This document shows positions 43,409 through 54,209 of a DNA stretch of 64,000 nt, in pieces. Within the stretch, counting starts at the first letter, position 1; each line of letters opens with the position of its first letter. The DNA comes from an uncultured Lachnospiraceae bacterium (GTDB lineage Bacteria > Bacillota > Clostridia > Lachnospirales > Lachnospiraceae): positions 10,527-74,526 of the forward strand of contig CANDKY010000004.1 of the NCBI GenBank assembly GCA_947385425.1, written 5' to 3'. Below the pieces are notes generated by a model, which was not told the DNA's origin, searched no databases, and saw nothing but the letters and a program-made list of their open reading frames with translations. The position numbers were made by a program, and so were the translations under genes.

Positions 43409-44797
43409 ATGAAAGGATTGCAAAAATTATTTGAACCGATTGATATGACAGTGGGCAGCCCGGGGAAACAGATTGCGGCATTTGCCGTTCCCATGCTGAT
43501 CGGGAATATTGCACAGCAGTTGTACAACACAGTGGACAGTATTATTGTAGGAAGGTATGTGGGGGACAATGCCCTGGCTGCGGTGGGGAGCGCGGGGCCG
43601 ATCCTGAACCTGCTTCTGGTTCTCTTTGTCGGGATTTCCGTGGGGGCAGGTATTATGGTATCCCAGTATTTCGGGGCTAAGGAGAGGGAGGCTTTATCGG
43701 GGACGATAGGGAGCTGTGTAACCTTGACGGGAATCTCTTCCCTGATCATTATGATTGCGGGGCCATTATTGTCAGGGCCGCTGCTGAGGCTTTTAGGGAC
43801 GCCGGATTCCATATTGGGCTGGTGTGAGGCTTATTTGAACATTATTTTTATCGGGGTTGCGGGTTCGGCTTACTATAATATTTTAAGCGGCGTGCTGCGC
43901 GGGCTGGGGGATTCCGTATCGGCGCTGGTGTATCTGCTCGTTTCTACCGTAATCAATATAGTGCTGGATATTGTATTCGTGGCGAATTTCCAGATGGGGG
44001 TTGCAGGGGTATCCTTGGCGACTGTTATCGCCCAGGGGGTATCGGCGGTGCTCTGTCTGCGGAAGCTGATGAAAATGTCGGATATTTTTGATTTTAAGAA
44101 AGAATATCTAAAGTTACATAAAAGATACGCACTGATGACGATACGTCTTGGCCTGCCGTCCGGGCTGACGCAGGCGGTATTTTCCATGGCTATGATTATC
44201 GTGCAGTCGCTGACGAACAGCTTCGGCGAAATGTTTATTGCAGCCAATGTTATTGTTATGAGGGTGGACGGTTTTGCGATGATGCCGAACTTTTCCTTCG
44301 GGACGGCGATGACCACTTTTGCCGGGCAGAACGTAGGCGCGAGAGAATATGACAGGGTAGAGCTGGGGGCGAAACAGGGGACATGGATAGCCATGGGTGT
44401 CTCGGCATGCATCACGGCTGTGATTCTTATCTTGGGAAAACATTTGATGGGGGTTTTTACAGAGACGGAGGAACTGGTGGAGCTGAGTATGCGGATGATG
44501 CGTATACTGGCGGTGGGGTATATCGCTATGGCGGTTACGCAGTCCTTATCCGGCATTATGCGCGGGGCGGGGGATACGATGACCCCTATGTGGATTTCCC
44601 TGGTGACTACGGTGGCGATCCGGGTGCCGGTGGCTTATGGGATTGCATATCTGACAAGAAGCGAACTGAATCCGAACGGGCGCTGTGAAAGCGTGTTTAT
44701 CTCCCTGCTGTTTTCGTGGACGTTGGGGGCTGTGATTACCTTTATCTGTTACCGGTGGGGGAAATGGAAAGGGAAAGCGATTGGGGAAAGTAAATAG
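43409..44797 (+). CDS. MATE-family efflux transporter
   Basis: 12-TM profile with 'PMLIGNIAQQLYNTVDSIIVGRYVG'. The track ORF begins at 43382. Confidence 0.93.
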   Translation: MKGLQKLFEPIDMTVGSPGKQIAAFAVPMLIGNIAQQLYNTVDSIIVGRYVGDNALAAVGSAGPILNLLLVLFVGISVGAGIMVSQYFGAKEREALSGTIGSCVTLTGISSLIIMIAGPLLSGPLLRLLGTPDSILGWCEAYLNIIFIGVAGSAYYNILSGVLRGLGDSVSALVYLLVSTVINIVLDIVFVANFQMGVAGVSLATVIAQGVSAVLCLRKLMKMSDIFDFKKEYLKLHKRYALMTIRLGLPSGLTQAVFSMAMIIVQSLTNSFGEMFIAANVIVMRVDGFAMMPNFSFGTAMTTFAGQNVGAREYDRVELGAKQGTWIAMGVSACITAVILILGKHLMGVFTETEELVELSMRMMRILAVGYIAMAVTQSLSGIMRGAGDTMTPMWISLVTTVAIRVPVAYGIAYLTRSELNPNGRCESVFISLLFSWTLGAVITFICYRWGKWKGKAIGESK

Positions 44798-44827
44798 TTT
44801 GGATAGCCTGGCTTCAGGCTATGGAGT

Positions 44828-44858
44828 GGGCATGGGTGAGATCCATGCTCATTTTTTT
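44828..44858 (+). terminator. Candidate terminator after the MATE gene
   Basis: GGGCATGG-gtgagat-CCATGCTC is followed by ATTTTTTT. Confidence 0.5.
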
Positions 44859-44884
44859 ATGCACACGGGCACCCAAAGGGAAAA
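44852..44884. repeat. Family-2 repeat fragment (5' module only)
   Basis: 'TTTTTTATGCACACGGGCACCCAAAGG' is identical to 36903-36929. Confidence 0.75.
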
Positions 44885-45116
44885 CGCTTGTATAATTTTA
44901 CCAAATATATACCTGAAAAAATGTTAAATTTATTGAATATTCACAAAATGTTCATATTTAATTATATTTACTTAATATCTATGTGATATCCTGAAATTGA
45001 TAAAAGGCGGAGGAAGCGCGTTGGGCGGGCTTCCCAAAAAATGGAGTACAGTATTGCCCCGGGCAGGGAAGGGCGGGTATTGGCGGGGCAATGGCAGAAC
45101 CGGAAGAGGAGGGATG

Positions 45117-46352
45117 CGCATGAAACGGCGGGGGTGGATAGTATTGCTGGCGACGGCGGCTTTGGTGGTAATGGTTAATGCAGCGGCATGGAAAAGCAGT
45201 GGGTTTTGCGATTGGTATGTATCCTGCGTTTATCCCCTGTGGGTCAGTACATACGGAAGGCTGACCGGGCTTCTTACTTTTTCCGTGGGGGAGTGGATGT
45301 TGGTTGCGGGCGTAGTTCTGACAGCGGCGGTTTTACTGGCAGGAATAGCGGCGGTTATTTTCCGGGCAGCGTTCCGGAAGGCAAAGGGCTACGGCACAGT
45401 GACGGGCTTGTGCCGGAAATGCTTTGCCGCTTATGCATGGATCCTGACGGGGGTAGCAGTGGTTATGACCCTGAACTGTTTTATCCCTTACCATTGTTCT
45501 ACGCTGGAGGAAAAATATGGGTTAATGGATCGCATGGCGGCAGGGGAGCCGGTTCTTCAGGAACTTATGGAGAAGGAGTATACGATTGAAGAATTGGGGC
45601 AGTTAAGGGATTATGTGGTGATTAAATGCAATGAACTGGCGGCACAGGTGGAGCGGGATGCGGAGGGGAATATTATTTATCCGGAGAATATGGAGGAACT
45701 GGCTGCGGAAGCAATGTTGAATTTAAGCGCAGACTGCGGGCAGCTTGGCGGGTATTACCCGCAGCCTAAGCAGTTTGCTTTTTCGGAATTTTTCAGCCAG
45801 CAGAAGATGAAGGGGTATTTTTTCCCGTTTTCAATGGAAATTAATTATAATTCCCTGATGCATGAGATAAACCGCCCGGCAACAATCTGTCATGAATATG
45901 CGCACCTGAAGGGATTTATGTATGAGGAAGAAGCGAATATGATAGGGTTTCTGGCATGTATCCGTTCATCGGATCTTACTTTCCAGTACAGCGGTTATCT
46001 CAGTGTCCTGAACTACATTAACAATGAGTTTTACGATGCGGTCGGGAGAGATATGCAGGTATATGCTTCCCATGTGGGGATCTCACCGCAGGTGCGCAGG
46101 GAAAATGTGTTCCTGGAGGAAAAGGCATGGGAGAAGGTGGAGCAGAAAGCTGTAATAAGTACGGAAGTGGTAGATAAAGTATCCGATAAATTATCCCAGA
46201 CGTCCATGGTATTGAATGGTGTGGAGGACGGTATCCTGAGCTATACGAGGGTAGTCGGGCTGTTACTGCATTACTTTGACGGAGCGGCGGAGGTGCAGGA
46301 GACACTGGCTGCTATCGGGGAGGGGCAGGAACTTTTGGTGCAGTCGGAATAA
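45117..46352 (+). CDS. DUF3810-family membrane protein with HEXXH metalloprotease motif
   Basis: TM helices plus 'ATICHEYAHLKGF'. The track ORF begins at 44997. Confidence 0.8.
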   Translation, partial: RMKRRGWIVLLATAALVVMVNAAAWKSSGFCDWYVSCVYPLWVSTYGRLTGLLTFSVGEWMLVAGVVLTAAVLLAGIAAVIFRAAFRKAKGYGTVTGLCRKCFAAYAWILTGVAVVMTLNCFIPYHCSTLEEKYGLMDRMAAGEPVLQELMEKEYTIEELGQLRDYVVIKCNELAAQVERDAEGNIIYPENMEELAAEAMLNLSADCGQLGGYYPQPKQFAFSEFFSQQKMKGYFFPFSMEINYNSLMHEINRPATICHEYAHLKGFMYEEEANMIGFLACIRSSDLTFQYSGYLSVLNYINNEFYDAVGRDMQVYASHVGISPQVRRENVFLEEKAWEKVEQKAVISTEVVDKVSDKLSQTSMVLNGVEDGILSYTRVVGLLLHYFDGAAEVQETLAAIGEGQELLVQSE

Positions 46353-46574
46353 ATGCCGGAGGGAATATGCCGGCAGGGACTGAAGGCACCCGGTAAGCGA
46401 ACAGGGAAAAACCCGAATGGGATCCATATTATTTTTTGAAACGGGATTTTTTATAATTTTGGGAAGTTTGCTTGCAATCTTACTTGCAGCATGTTATATT
46501 TTTAACGAGCAGTATTCCGCGGAAACTGCATCGGATGGTAGTGTGCATCGCTTGGAAAGAGGGTGGTGCATGGA

Positions 46575-47450
46575 ATGAGAATTGGAATTATAGGTGCCGG
46601 AAGAGTAGGTTGTTCGATGGGGAAGTACCTGGCGGACAAAGGAAAAACGGTAACCGGCTATTACAGCCAGAGTTATGGGAATGCTGCAAAGGCAGCGGAA
46701 TTTACCAGTACGGACTGCTTCCGGACAATGGAAGAGCTGGTAGCTTTGAGTGATACCCTGTTTATCGCTACACCGGACGGGAAAATCGGTGCAGTGTGGG
46801 ATTGCATGAAAGCAATGTCTTTGGATGGGCGGATTATATGTCATTTTAGCGGCTCATTATCATCTGATGTATTCAAGGGAACGGATGAAAAGAAAGCTTA
46901 CGGGGTTTCGGTTCATCCTATGCTCGCGTTTCGCGATAGATTTTCCTCATATGGACAATTGGAAAACTGTTTTTTTACTTTGGAAGGCCATCCTTATGCG
47001 GTTGGGCAGATGGAAAAACTGCTGGAGGAGCTTGGAAACCCGTACTGCAGGATAAAAGCGGAGGATAAGGCAAAGTATCATTGTGCGGCCAGTATCTTAA
47101 GCAATGATGTGGTGGCGCTTTTGGATATGGGGTTCGGGCTTCTGGGCCAGTGCGGGTTTACGGAGGAAGAGGCGTTATACGCAGCGGCGGCTTTGGTCAG
47201 GGGAAATGTGGAGAATGTCCTGGCAAACGGGACACTGCCCAGTATGACGGGGCCGATCCTGCGGGGGGATACTGTTACGGTCAGTAAGCATCTGGCAGCG
47301 CTTAGCGGCGAAGAGAGGGAAATATACCGTCTTCTGGGAAAAAGGCTTTTGCGGATGGCGGAGGAAAGAAAGGGAAAAGAAGAGGCAGGCGCGCTGCCGG
47401 AGGAAGGGCATTACATAGAAATAAAACAAGTTTTAAACCGGAGAGTATGA
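46575..47450 (+). CDS. Rossmann-fold oxidoreductase with DUF2520-type C-domain; candidate PanG-type ketopantoate reductase
   Basis: '[16 protein letters not shown]' marks the dinucleotide-binding fold. It is the first gene of the panB-panC-panD operon. The track ORF begins at 46563. Confidence 0.7.
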   Translation: MRIGIIGAGRVGCSMGKYLADKGKTVTGYYSQSYGNAAKAAEFTSTDCFRTMEELVALSDTLFIATPDGKIGAVWDCMKAMSLDGRIICHFSGSLSSDVFKGTDEKKAYGVSVHPMLAFRDRFSSYGQLENCFFTLEGHPYAVGQMEKLLEELGNPYCRIKAEDKAKYHCAASILSNDVVALLDMGFGLLGQCGFTEEEALYAAAALVRGNVENVLANGTLPSMTGPILRGDTVTVSKHLAALSGEEREIYRLLGKRLLRMAEERKGKEEAGALPEEGHYIEIKQVLNRRV

Positions 47451-47539
47451 AGAAACATCAAGGGGAGGGTTATGGCATTGGGAAAAGGGGATTTCATAAA
47501 ATTTATGTACAGGGAAAACGGAATCAGGAAGGAGTTGGG

Positions 47540-48370
47540 ATGATGAAGAATACATCGGTAACTTTCAGGCAGGCGAAGGAGAAAGGCGGGAAGCTTACGA
47601 TGCTTACCGCATATGATTATTCAACAGCCAAAATGGTGGATGAAGCGGGGATAAATTCGATTTTGGTAGGGGATTCGCTTGGAATGGTATGTCTTGGGTA
47701 TGAGGACACCTTGTCCGTTACTATGGAGGATATGATACATCACACGAAAGCGGTGGCGCGCGGGGCAAAGGAGGCATTGGTTATTGCGGATATGCCGTTT
47801 ATGTCTTATCAGGCTTCGGTGTATGATGCGGTGGTAAATGCAGGCCGGCTGGTCAAAGAGGGGCATGCACAGGCGGTTAAGTTAGAGGGAGGGAAGGAGG
47901 TATGCCCTCAGATAGAGGCCATTGTGAAGGCATCCATCCCGGTTTGCGCGCATATTGGGCTGACACCGCAGTCTATCCATGCGTTCGGCGGGTTCAAAGT
48001 GCAGGGAAAAGGGGAAGAGGCGGCAAGGAAACTGATAGAGGCGGCTCAGGCGGTCGAGGAGGCAGGGGCTTTTGCCGTAGTACTGGAATGTGTCCCTGAG
48101 GCTTTGGCAAAGCTGGTTACGCAGAAGGTATCTATTCCGACGATAGGTATCGGGGCAGGCGCAGGCTGTGACGGGCAGGTGCTTGTATACCAGGATATGC
48201 TGGGGATGTATGCGGACTTTGCGCCTAAGTTTGTGAAGGTGTTTGCCAATGTAGGGGAAGAGATGCGGAAGGGTTTTGCCGCATATAAAAAAGAAGTGGA
48301 GGATGGGAGGTTCCCGGCGGCGGAACATACATTCCGGATGGATGAAAGTATTTTGGAAAAATTATATTAA
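47540..48370 (+). CDS. panB: 3-methyl-2-oxobutanoate hydroxymethyltransferase
   Basis: 'LTAYDY', '[10 protein letters not shown]' and 'VKLEGG' are present. GGAAGGAG lies upstream of the ATG at 47540. The track ORF begins at 47447. Confidence 0.95.
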   Translation: MMKNTSVTFRQAKEKGGKLTMLTAYDYSTAKMVDEAGINSILVGDSLGMVCLGYEDTLSVTMEDMIHHTKAVARGAKEALVIADMPFMSYQASVYDAVVNAGRLVKEGHAQAVKLEGGKEVCPQIEAIVKASIPVCAHIGLTPQSIHAFGGFKVQGKGEEAARKLIEAAQAVEEAGAFAVVLECVPEALAKLVTQKVSIPTIGIGAGAGCDGQVLVYQDMLGMYADFAPKFVKVFANVGEEMRKGFAAYKKEVEDGRFPAAEHTFRMDESILEKLY

Positions 48371-48410
48371 TGAGATTTAAAACAGGATCTAAGGGAACAG
48401 GAGCGGAGAG

Positions 48411-49268
48411 ATGATTATTTCAGGAAGTATAGAAGAGACAAGGAACCAGGTGAAGGAGTGGAAGAGGCAGGGGTGCCGGGTTGGGTTAGTGCCTACGATG
48501 GGTTATCTGCATGAGGGGCACAAAAGCCTGATGGAAGCGGCGAAGAGGGAAAACGATAAGGTGGCAGTGAGTGTTTTTGTCAATCCTATCCAGTTTGGGC
48601 CGAATGAGGATTTTGCAAGCTATCCGAGGGATTTTGGGCAGGATGCGGCGCTTTGCGAAAGCGTGGGGGTGGATTTGGTTTTCCATCCTGAGGCGGAGGA
48701 AATGTATGATGAGGATTTCTGTACTTATGTGGACATGGACGGGCTGACAAAGGAATTATGCGGGAAAAGCCGTCCGACACATTTCCGGGGCGTGCAGACG
48801 GTGGTGAGCAAGCTTTTCCATATCATCCCGGCGGACAGGGCGTATTTCGGACAGAAGGATGCCCAGCAGCTTGCGGTGATTAAAAAGATGGTACGGGATA
48901 TGAGCATGGACATTGAAATTGTCGGCTGTCCGATTGTCCGTGAGCCGGACGGCCTGGCGAAAAGTTCCAGAAACACTTATTTGAATGCGGAAGAACGGCA
49001 GGCGGCGCTGGTTTTGAGCAGGAGCCTGGCAGAAGGCAGGAAACTGGCAAAAGCCGGGGAGCGGAATGCTTCCAGGGTGAAGGATGCCATTACGGGTGTG
49101 ATAGAGAGTGAAAAATTTGCACGCATTGACTATGTGGAGATCGTGGATTTTGCGGATATTACGCCCCTGGCAGATTTGGATCATGCAAAAAACGGGGAAA
49201 TCCTCTGCGCGGTTGCCGTTTATATAGGAAAGACGAGACTGATTGACAATTTTATTATGAAGCTGTAA
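48411..49268 (+). CDS. panC: Pantoate--beta-alanine ligase
   Basis: 'VPTMGYLHEGHKSL', 'SVFVNPIQF' and 'AYFGQKDAQQ' are present. Confidence 0.96.
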   Translation: MIISGSIEETRNQVKEWKRQGCRVGLVPTMGYLHEGHKSLMEAAKRENDKVAVSVFVNPIQFGPNEDFASYPRDFGQDAALCESVGVDLVFHPEAEEMYDEDFCTYVDMDGLTKELCGKSRPTHFRGVQTVVSKLFHIIPADRAYFGQKDAQQLAVIKKMVRDMSMDIEIVGCPIVREPDGLAKSSRNTYLNAEERQAALVLSRSLAEGRKLAKAGERNASRVKDAITGVIESEKFARIDYVEIVDFADITPLADLDHAKNGEILCAVAVYIGKTRLIDNFIMKL

Positions 49269-49280
49269 AGGAAAGAGAGT

Positions 49281-49667
49281 ATGAATATAAGGATGTTAAA
49301 AGGGAAAATCCACCGTGCGGTAGTAACCCAGGCGGAGTTAAATTATGTGGGGAGCATAACGGTGGATACGGACTTGCTGGAAGCGGCTGGTATTCTGGAA
49401 TATGAGATGGTGCAGATTGTGGATGTGGAAAACGGCAGCAGGTTTGAAACCTATACGATTGCAGGGGAGGCAGGAAGCGGTGTCATCTGCCTGAACGGGG
49501 CTGCAGCGCGGCAGGTGCAGACAGGGGATCATGTGATTATTATGGCGTATGCGGATATGACGCCCAAAGAGGCGGGGGAGCATAAGCCTTATGTGGTATT
49601 TACGGACGAACACAACAGGATCGCGCGGGTATCACGTTATGAAAAACACGGGGAACTGGGCTTGTGA
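49281..49667 (+). CDS. panD: Aspartate 1-decarboxylase (pyruvoyl-dependent)
   Basis: '[25 protein letters not shown]' includes the G-S self-cleavage site. Confidence 0.96.
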   Translation: MNIRMLKGKIHRAVVTQAELNYVGSITVDTDLLEAAGILEYEMVQIVDVENGSRFETYTIAGEAGSGVICLNGAAARQVQTGDHVIIMAYADMTPKEAGEHKPYVVFTDEHNRIARVSRYEKHGELGL

Positions 49668-49728
49668 AACTGTGCATAAGTTATTTCTGCACAGTTCCTT
49701 AATCCCGGCCCGGTGGATTGCCAGGCGG

Positions 49729-49758
49729 AAAACGAGTGCATTTTTGCACTCGTTTTTC
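49729..49758 (+). terminator. Intrinsic terminator of the pan operon
   Basis: AAAACGAGTGCA-tttt-TGCACTCGTTTT runs into a T-run. Confidence 0.7.
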
Positions 49759-49902
49759 ATTATAAGGCTTCCCATTCCGCTTACGCTGGTGTAATATAAT
49801 GTTAAAAGAGGTATAGGATATATGAATATTACGCACAGGGCAAATAACAGCGCTCAGGCGGATTGGATAAAAGGGTATTGAGAGAGAAAGAGGAGGATCA
49901 TT

Positions 49903-51090
49903 ATGCAGACTAACGATTTCAAAGGTTTAAAACTGTCACGTTTGGGGTTTGGCGCTATGCGTCTGCCTGTGAATGAGGACAATTCCATTAATCAGGCCGC
50001 AGTGGAGGAGATGGTGGACTACGCTATCGGACATGGGGTAAATTATTTTGATACGGCTTATCCATATCATGGCGGGAACTCCGAGAATTCTATCGGCAGG
50101 GCCCTTGCCGGGTATCCCCGGGATACATGGTATCTGGCCAGCAAGTACCCCGGCCATCAGATTGCCGCGAGCTATGATCCCGCCGCGGTTTTTGAGGAGC
50201 AGTTAAGGAAGTGCGGGGTGGGGTATTTTGACTTTTATCTGCTCCACAATGTCTACGAGAACTCCATCGGCACTTATCAGGATCCTAAGTGGGGAATTCT
50301 TGACTATTTCAGGGAACAGGTGAAAAACGGGTGTATCAGGCACCTGGGCTTTTCCAGCCATGCGCGGACCGATACGTTGGAAAAGTTTTTGGATTACGCC
50401 GGGGAAGACATGGAATTTTGCCAAATCCAGTTAAACTACCTGGATTGGACGTTACAGGACGCCAAAGCGAAGTATGACCTGCTCACAGGCAGGGGAATCC
50501 CTGTATGGGTGATGGAGCCGGTGCGCGGCGGGCGGCTGGCAGATCTGTCCAGGGAGGATACCGCAAAACTGAGATCCGTGCGTCCTGACGAAAGCAGCGC
50601 CGCCTGGGCTTTCCGCTGGCTGATGAATCTGTCCAATGTAAAGATGGTGCTTTCAGGCATGAGCAATATGGAACAGATGGAGGACAATGTCAGGACATTT
50701 TCCTCCGGTGAGCCCCAGACCGCACAGGAAGCCGCCCTGCTGATGGAACTGGCTGAGAGAATGAAGAACGCCCTGCCTTGTACAAAGTGCAGATATTGTT
50801 GCGACGGATGCCCGCAGGGCCTGGATATCCCAATGCTCATCCATGCTTATAACGATGCAAAATTTGGGGGCGGATCAACGGTGGCTATGCAGTTTGACGC
50901 CCTTCCGGAGGACAAGCGCCCTGCCGCCTGCGTTAAGTGCAAAGCCTGTGCGGCCGTGTGTCCCCAGAATATCGACATCCCTGCCGCTTTAGAGGAGTTG
51001 GCGGATATCCTGGCTGGGACGCCCAGTTGGGCCGAAGTGTGCCGCCAGCGGGACGAGGCGGCTAAGAAGCTGAAGGAACAGACAATGTAA
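49903..51090 (+). CDS. Aldo/keto reductase fused to a C-terminal 4Fe-4S ferredoxin-type domain
   Basis: An AKR N-domain ('FGAMRLP', 'NYFDTAYPYHGG') is followed by C-terminal Cys clusters 'CTKCRYCCDGCP' and 'CVKCKACAAVCP'. Confidence 0.88.
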   Translation: MQTNDFKGLKLSRLGFGAMRLPVNEDNSINQAAVEEMVDYAIGHGVNYFDTAYPYHGGNSENSIGRALAGYPRDTWYLASKYPGHQIAASYDPAAVFEEQLRKCGVGYFDFYLLHNVYENSIGTYQDPKWGILDYFREQVKNGCIRHLGFSSHARTDTLEKFLDYAGEDMEFCQIQLNYLDWTLQDAKAKYDLLTGRGIPVWVMEPVRGGRLADLSREDTAKLRSVRPDESSAAWAFRWLMNLSNVKMVLSGMSNMEQMEDNVRTFSSGEPQTAQEAALLMELAERMKNALPCTKCRYCCDGCPQGLDIPMLIHAYNDAKFGGGSTVAMQFDALPEDKRPAACVKCKACAAVCPQNIDIPAALEELADILAGTPSWAEVCRQRDEAAKKLKEQTM

Positions 51091-51127
51091 ATATCGATTC
51101 GGATATAAAAAAGGAGAGGAATGGGAA

Positions 51128-51388
51128 ATGAGGGAAGTGCTTATGATGATGTTGCCGGACTGCCCGTACTGCAGACAGGCAGACGGTATGATACGGGAGC
51201 TGCGGGAGGAAAACGAAAAGTACGCCCGGGTGGAGATAAGGCGCGTGGATGAGGAGGCAGATACGGAGCTGGCAGCTTCTCTGGATTATTATTATGTGCC
51301 AAGCTTTTTTGTGGATGGGAAGAAGCTGATGGAGGGTGTGCCGGAAAAGGAAAAGGTGAGGGCGGTATTGGATGCTGCATTGGAATAA
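51128..51388 (+). CDS. Small glutaredoxin/thioredoxin-fold protein (CPYC)
   Basis: Has the 'CPYC' active-site motif. Length is 86 aa, with AAGGAGAGG 8 nt upstream. Confidence 0.75.
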   Translation: MREVLMMMLPDCPYCRQADGMIRELREENEKYARVEIRRVDEEADTELAASLDYYYVPSFFVDGKKLMEGVPEKEKVRAVLDAALE

Positions 51389-51407
51389 GGCGGGAAAGGG
51401 ATAACGG

Positions 51408-53186
51408 ATGGTATCGGAAAAGAAAAAAACTGTGTGGAAATTCATTGTCTGTGCCGTCCTGGTTCTGGGTACAGGCATTGGGTGGGGGTTCATTTCCGGC
51501 ACCAATGCTCCCGGTATGGCGGATCCGGCCTGGGAAGAGGATTTTCCGGTGCGGATAGAGTCTTGTTTGATAGACAGCAAGACGGGAGGTATCAGAATCA
51601 GTGCTTATGCCGGGGAGTTTCCGGACAGTGACGATATCTTTTATTATCTCTTTGCCTTAGAAACATATGAAGAGGAAATTCCCGCGGGGCAGGCGTACCT
51701 GCTGCGGGGACGTAAAGAGACGGAGTTGGAATTTAATCTTGAATTTATTCCGGATCCTGCTTTGGAAGTTTATAACGAAACAGCGCAGGAGCCGGAAACA
51801 GGGACCGGAATAATGCCTCAGTCAGAAGAGGGGCTGTTTCATAAGTATGTGGTTGCGGTGAAGAGGGAAGGGCAGTATATTGCGGTAAGCCGGCCTCATT
51901 ATATTACCAACCCGGAGGCATTGGCCGTCTTTGTGTCAAACGGGGAGCGGCCGGAGGGAAAAAAGGGGCTGCTTATTGATCCGGAGAAATTACTTGGCCC
52001 GGAGTTAGAGGAACTGGGGGTAAAACATGCGGCGTACAATATTCCGGTTTCCAGGATATTGGGGCATGATGAGGAAGATGCTTATGAGGCGGTCCGTTAT
52101 TTTTACAGAGGGAAGGAATATATTTTTAACGGGCGGGTGATGTCGGAATATGACTTGGTTTTTCGGACACTGACGGAAAAAGGGATAGAAATTACGGCGA
52201 TTATCCTGAATGATGTCTCGGAGGATTACCCCTGGCTCATCCATCCCCTGGCGCGTTCCGGAATAGGGAAGCCGCCGTATTATGCTTTTAACGCGAGCGA
52301 CGGGCAGGGGTCGGAATACCTGGCGGCAATAGGTTCTTTTCTGGCGGAAAGGTATTCCGGTGTCATGAACGGCAGAGGGGTTGTCTCAAACTGGGTGATT
52401 GGCAATGAGATTAATGCCAGAAAAGAATGGAATTATATGGAATATACGGATTTGGATGTTTATGTGCGGGAATATGTAAGGGCATATCGGATATTCTATA
52501 ATGCAATAAAAAGCATAAACAGTGCGTGCAGGGTTTATATTTCCCTGGATAACCAGTGGGGCAGGGTGAATATACTGACGAGGAGCTACAAGGCCAGGGA
52601 CGTGCTGGAGGAGTTTAACAGACAGATAAGGGAAGAAGGGAATATTGACTGGGGGCTGGCAATCCATCCCTATAATAAACCTTTGGCAAAGTGCGATACA
52701 TGGAAAGGTTCTTTTTATGTGAGAGACAGGGCGGACACGCCGGTGGTGTCGATGGCAAACATCCATGTGGTGACAGATTATATGCGGCAGGAGGGATTTC
52801 TGACCGATGCAGGAGAGGTACGTCCCATTACGCTGAGCGAGCTGGGGTATTCTTCTTCGAAAGGGGAAAAGGAGCAGGCGGCGGCTATTGTATATGCCTA
52901 TAAGATGGCGGAAGCAAATCCTTATATAGATGCGGTCCTGTTTTCCAGGCAGACAGACGCGGAGGCGGAGACAGAGAAGCTGAAGCTGTACCTGGGATTG
53001 GATCATCCGGACGGCACTCATAAGTATGCCTACTATGTTTATAAATATATGGATACGGAAGAGGCGGACAGCTATACCGGATTTGCAAAGGATATGATAG
53101 GGATCGGGAATTGGCCGGAAGTGACGGGAAAGAAAGAGGAAATCAATGGGCGGGCAGGGAAAAAAGAAACAGGAAACATACAGTGA
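51408..53186 (+). CDS. Membrane-anchored protein with a clan GH-A-like TIM-barrel domain (DUF5722-like); putative glycan hydrolase
   Basis: An N-terminal TM helix is followed by 'NWVIGNEIN', an NE-type catalytic motif, and a later 'LSELGYSS'. The DUF5722 assignment is from memory. Confidence 0.6.
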   Translation: MVSEKKKTVWKFIVCAVLVLGTGIGWGFISGTNAPGMADPAWEEDFPVRIESCLIDSKTGGIRISAYAGEFPDSDDIFYYLFALETYEEEIPAGQAYLLRGRKETELEFNLEFIPDPALEVYNETAQEPETGTGIMPQSEEGLFHKYVVAVKREGQYIAVSRPHYITNPEALAVFVSNGERPEGKKGLLIDPEKLLGPELEELGVKHAAYNIPVSRILGHDEEDAYEAVRYFYRGKEYIFNGRVMSEYDLVFRTLTEKGIEITAIILNDVSEDYPWLIHPLARSGIGKPPYYAFNASDGQGSEYLAAIGSFLAERYSGVMNGRGVVSNWVIGNEINARKEWNYMEYTDLDVYVREYVRAYRIFYNAIKSINSACRVYISLDNQWGRVNILTRSYKARDVLEEFNRQIREEGNIDWGLAIHPYNKPLAKCDTWKGSFYVRDRADTPVVSMANIHVVTDYMRQEGFLTDAGEVRPITLSELGYSSSKGEKEQAAAIVYAYKMAEANPYIDAVLFSRQTDAEAETEKLKLYLGLDHPDGTHKYAYYVYKYMDTEEADSYTGFAKDMIGIGNWPEVTGKKEEINGRAGKKETGNIQ

Positions 53187-54198
53187 GGGGCAAAGGGAAC
53201 TGATCAGCATTATCGTACCTGTCTATAATATTATGGACTGTCTTCCCAGATGTGTGGAGTCTGTCCGCCGCCAGACGTATTCTAACCTGGAAATCCTTCT
53301 GGTGGACGACGGTTCCAACGACGGGACGGAGAAGCTGGTGGACAGGCTGGCGGAAAGTGACAGCCGGATACGGGTATTCCATAAGGTTAACGGGGGTTCC
53401 TCTTCCGCGCGGAATCTGGGTATCCGTGAGGCGCGGGGGAAGTATATCGGTTTTGTGGACAGTGATGATTTTATAGAGCCGCAGATGTACGGGAAGCTGA
53501 TGGAATGTATCCATCAGGAGAAGGTACGTATTGCCCAGGTTTCAAGGGATGAGACAGATGAGCGGGGGAACAGGCTTCCGGATGTCTGCATTCCGCCGGA
53601 AAAAGCTTACGTGTGCCCGGCGGAAACTTTTTTCAGGGAACTTTTGCTGCACCGGGGGGATTGCTCTTACTGTACGAAACTGACGGAAAGGAGCCTGTTT
53701 GATAAATATTGTTTCCCGGAGGGCGTCCTCAATGAGGATTTTCATTTGTTGGTGGAAATGCTGGGGGAAGTGGAAGGGATAGCCGTTTTGCCGGAGCAGT
53801 ATTATCATGTATTTTACCGGGCGGGGAGCAATACGAGGAAAAAGTCGAAGGACGATTTCTCAAGGGTGTTTATGGATATTGTGGATAATGCGGATATGGC
53901 GGAGCGGATAGCGGCAAAACGGTATCCGGGGCTGAAGGAGGAAGCGGTGCGTTTCGGCCTTTACCAGCGGCTGGATTATATGCTTCATATCCCGGTGGGG
54001 AAAATGACCGCGGATAATACATTTTATGCAGGCGTAAAGAAGTACTTACGGCATCATTTGGCGGATACGGTAAGGAACCGGTATCTGAGCAGGAAAAATA
54101 AGGCGTACCTCCTGCTGCTGACAGTTGCGCCGCGGACGGTCCGGCGGATACATGGGTGGAAAATGGGGCGCAGGGCAGCAGTACAACAGTCGGAGTGA
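53146..54198 (+). CDS. Family 2 glycosyltransferase
   Basis: 'ISIIVPVYN', 'LLVDDGSNDGT' and 'FVDSDDF' are present. It overlaps the upstream gene by 41 nt. Confidence 0.92.
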   Translation: MGGQGKKKQETYSEGQRELISIIVPVYNIMDCLPRCVESVRRQTYSNLEILLVDDGSNDGTEKLVDRLAESDSRIRVFHKVNGGSSSARNLGIREARGKYIGFVDSDDFIEPQMYGKLMECIHQEKVRIAQVSRDETDERGNRLPDVCIPPEKAYVCPAETFFRELLLHRGDCSYCTKLTERSLFDKYCFPEGVLNEDFHLLVEMLGEVEGIAVLPEQYYHVFYRAGSNTRKKSKDDFSRVFMDIVDNADMAERIAAKRYPGLKEEAVRFGLYQRLDYMLHIPVGKMTADNTFYAGVKKYLRHHLADTVRNRYLSRKNKAYLLLLTVAPRTVRRIHGWKMGRRAAVQQSE

Positions 54199-54209
54199 AA
54201 GGCGGGGAT

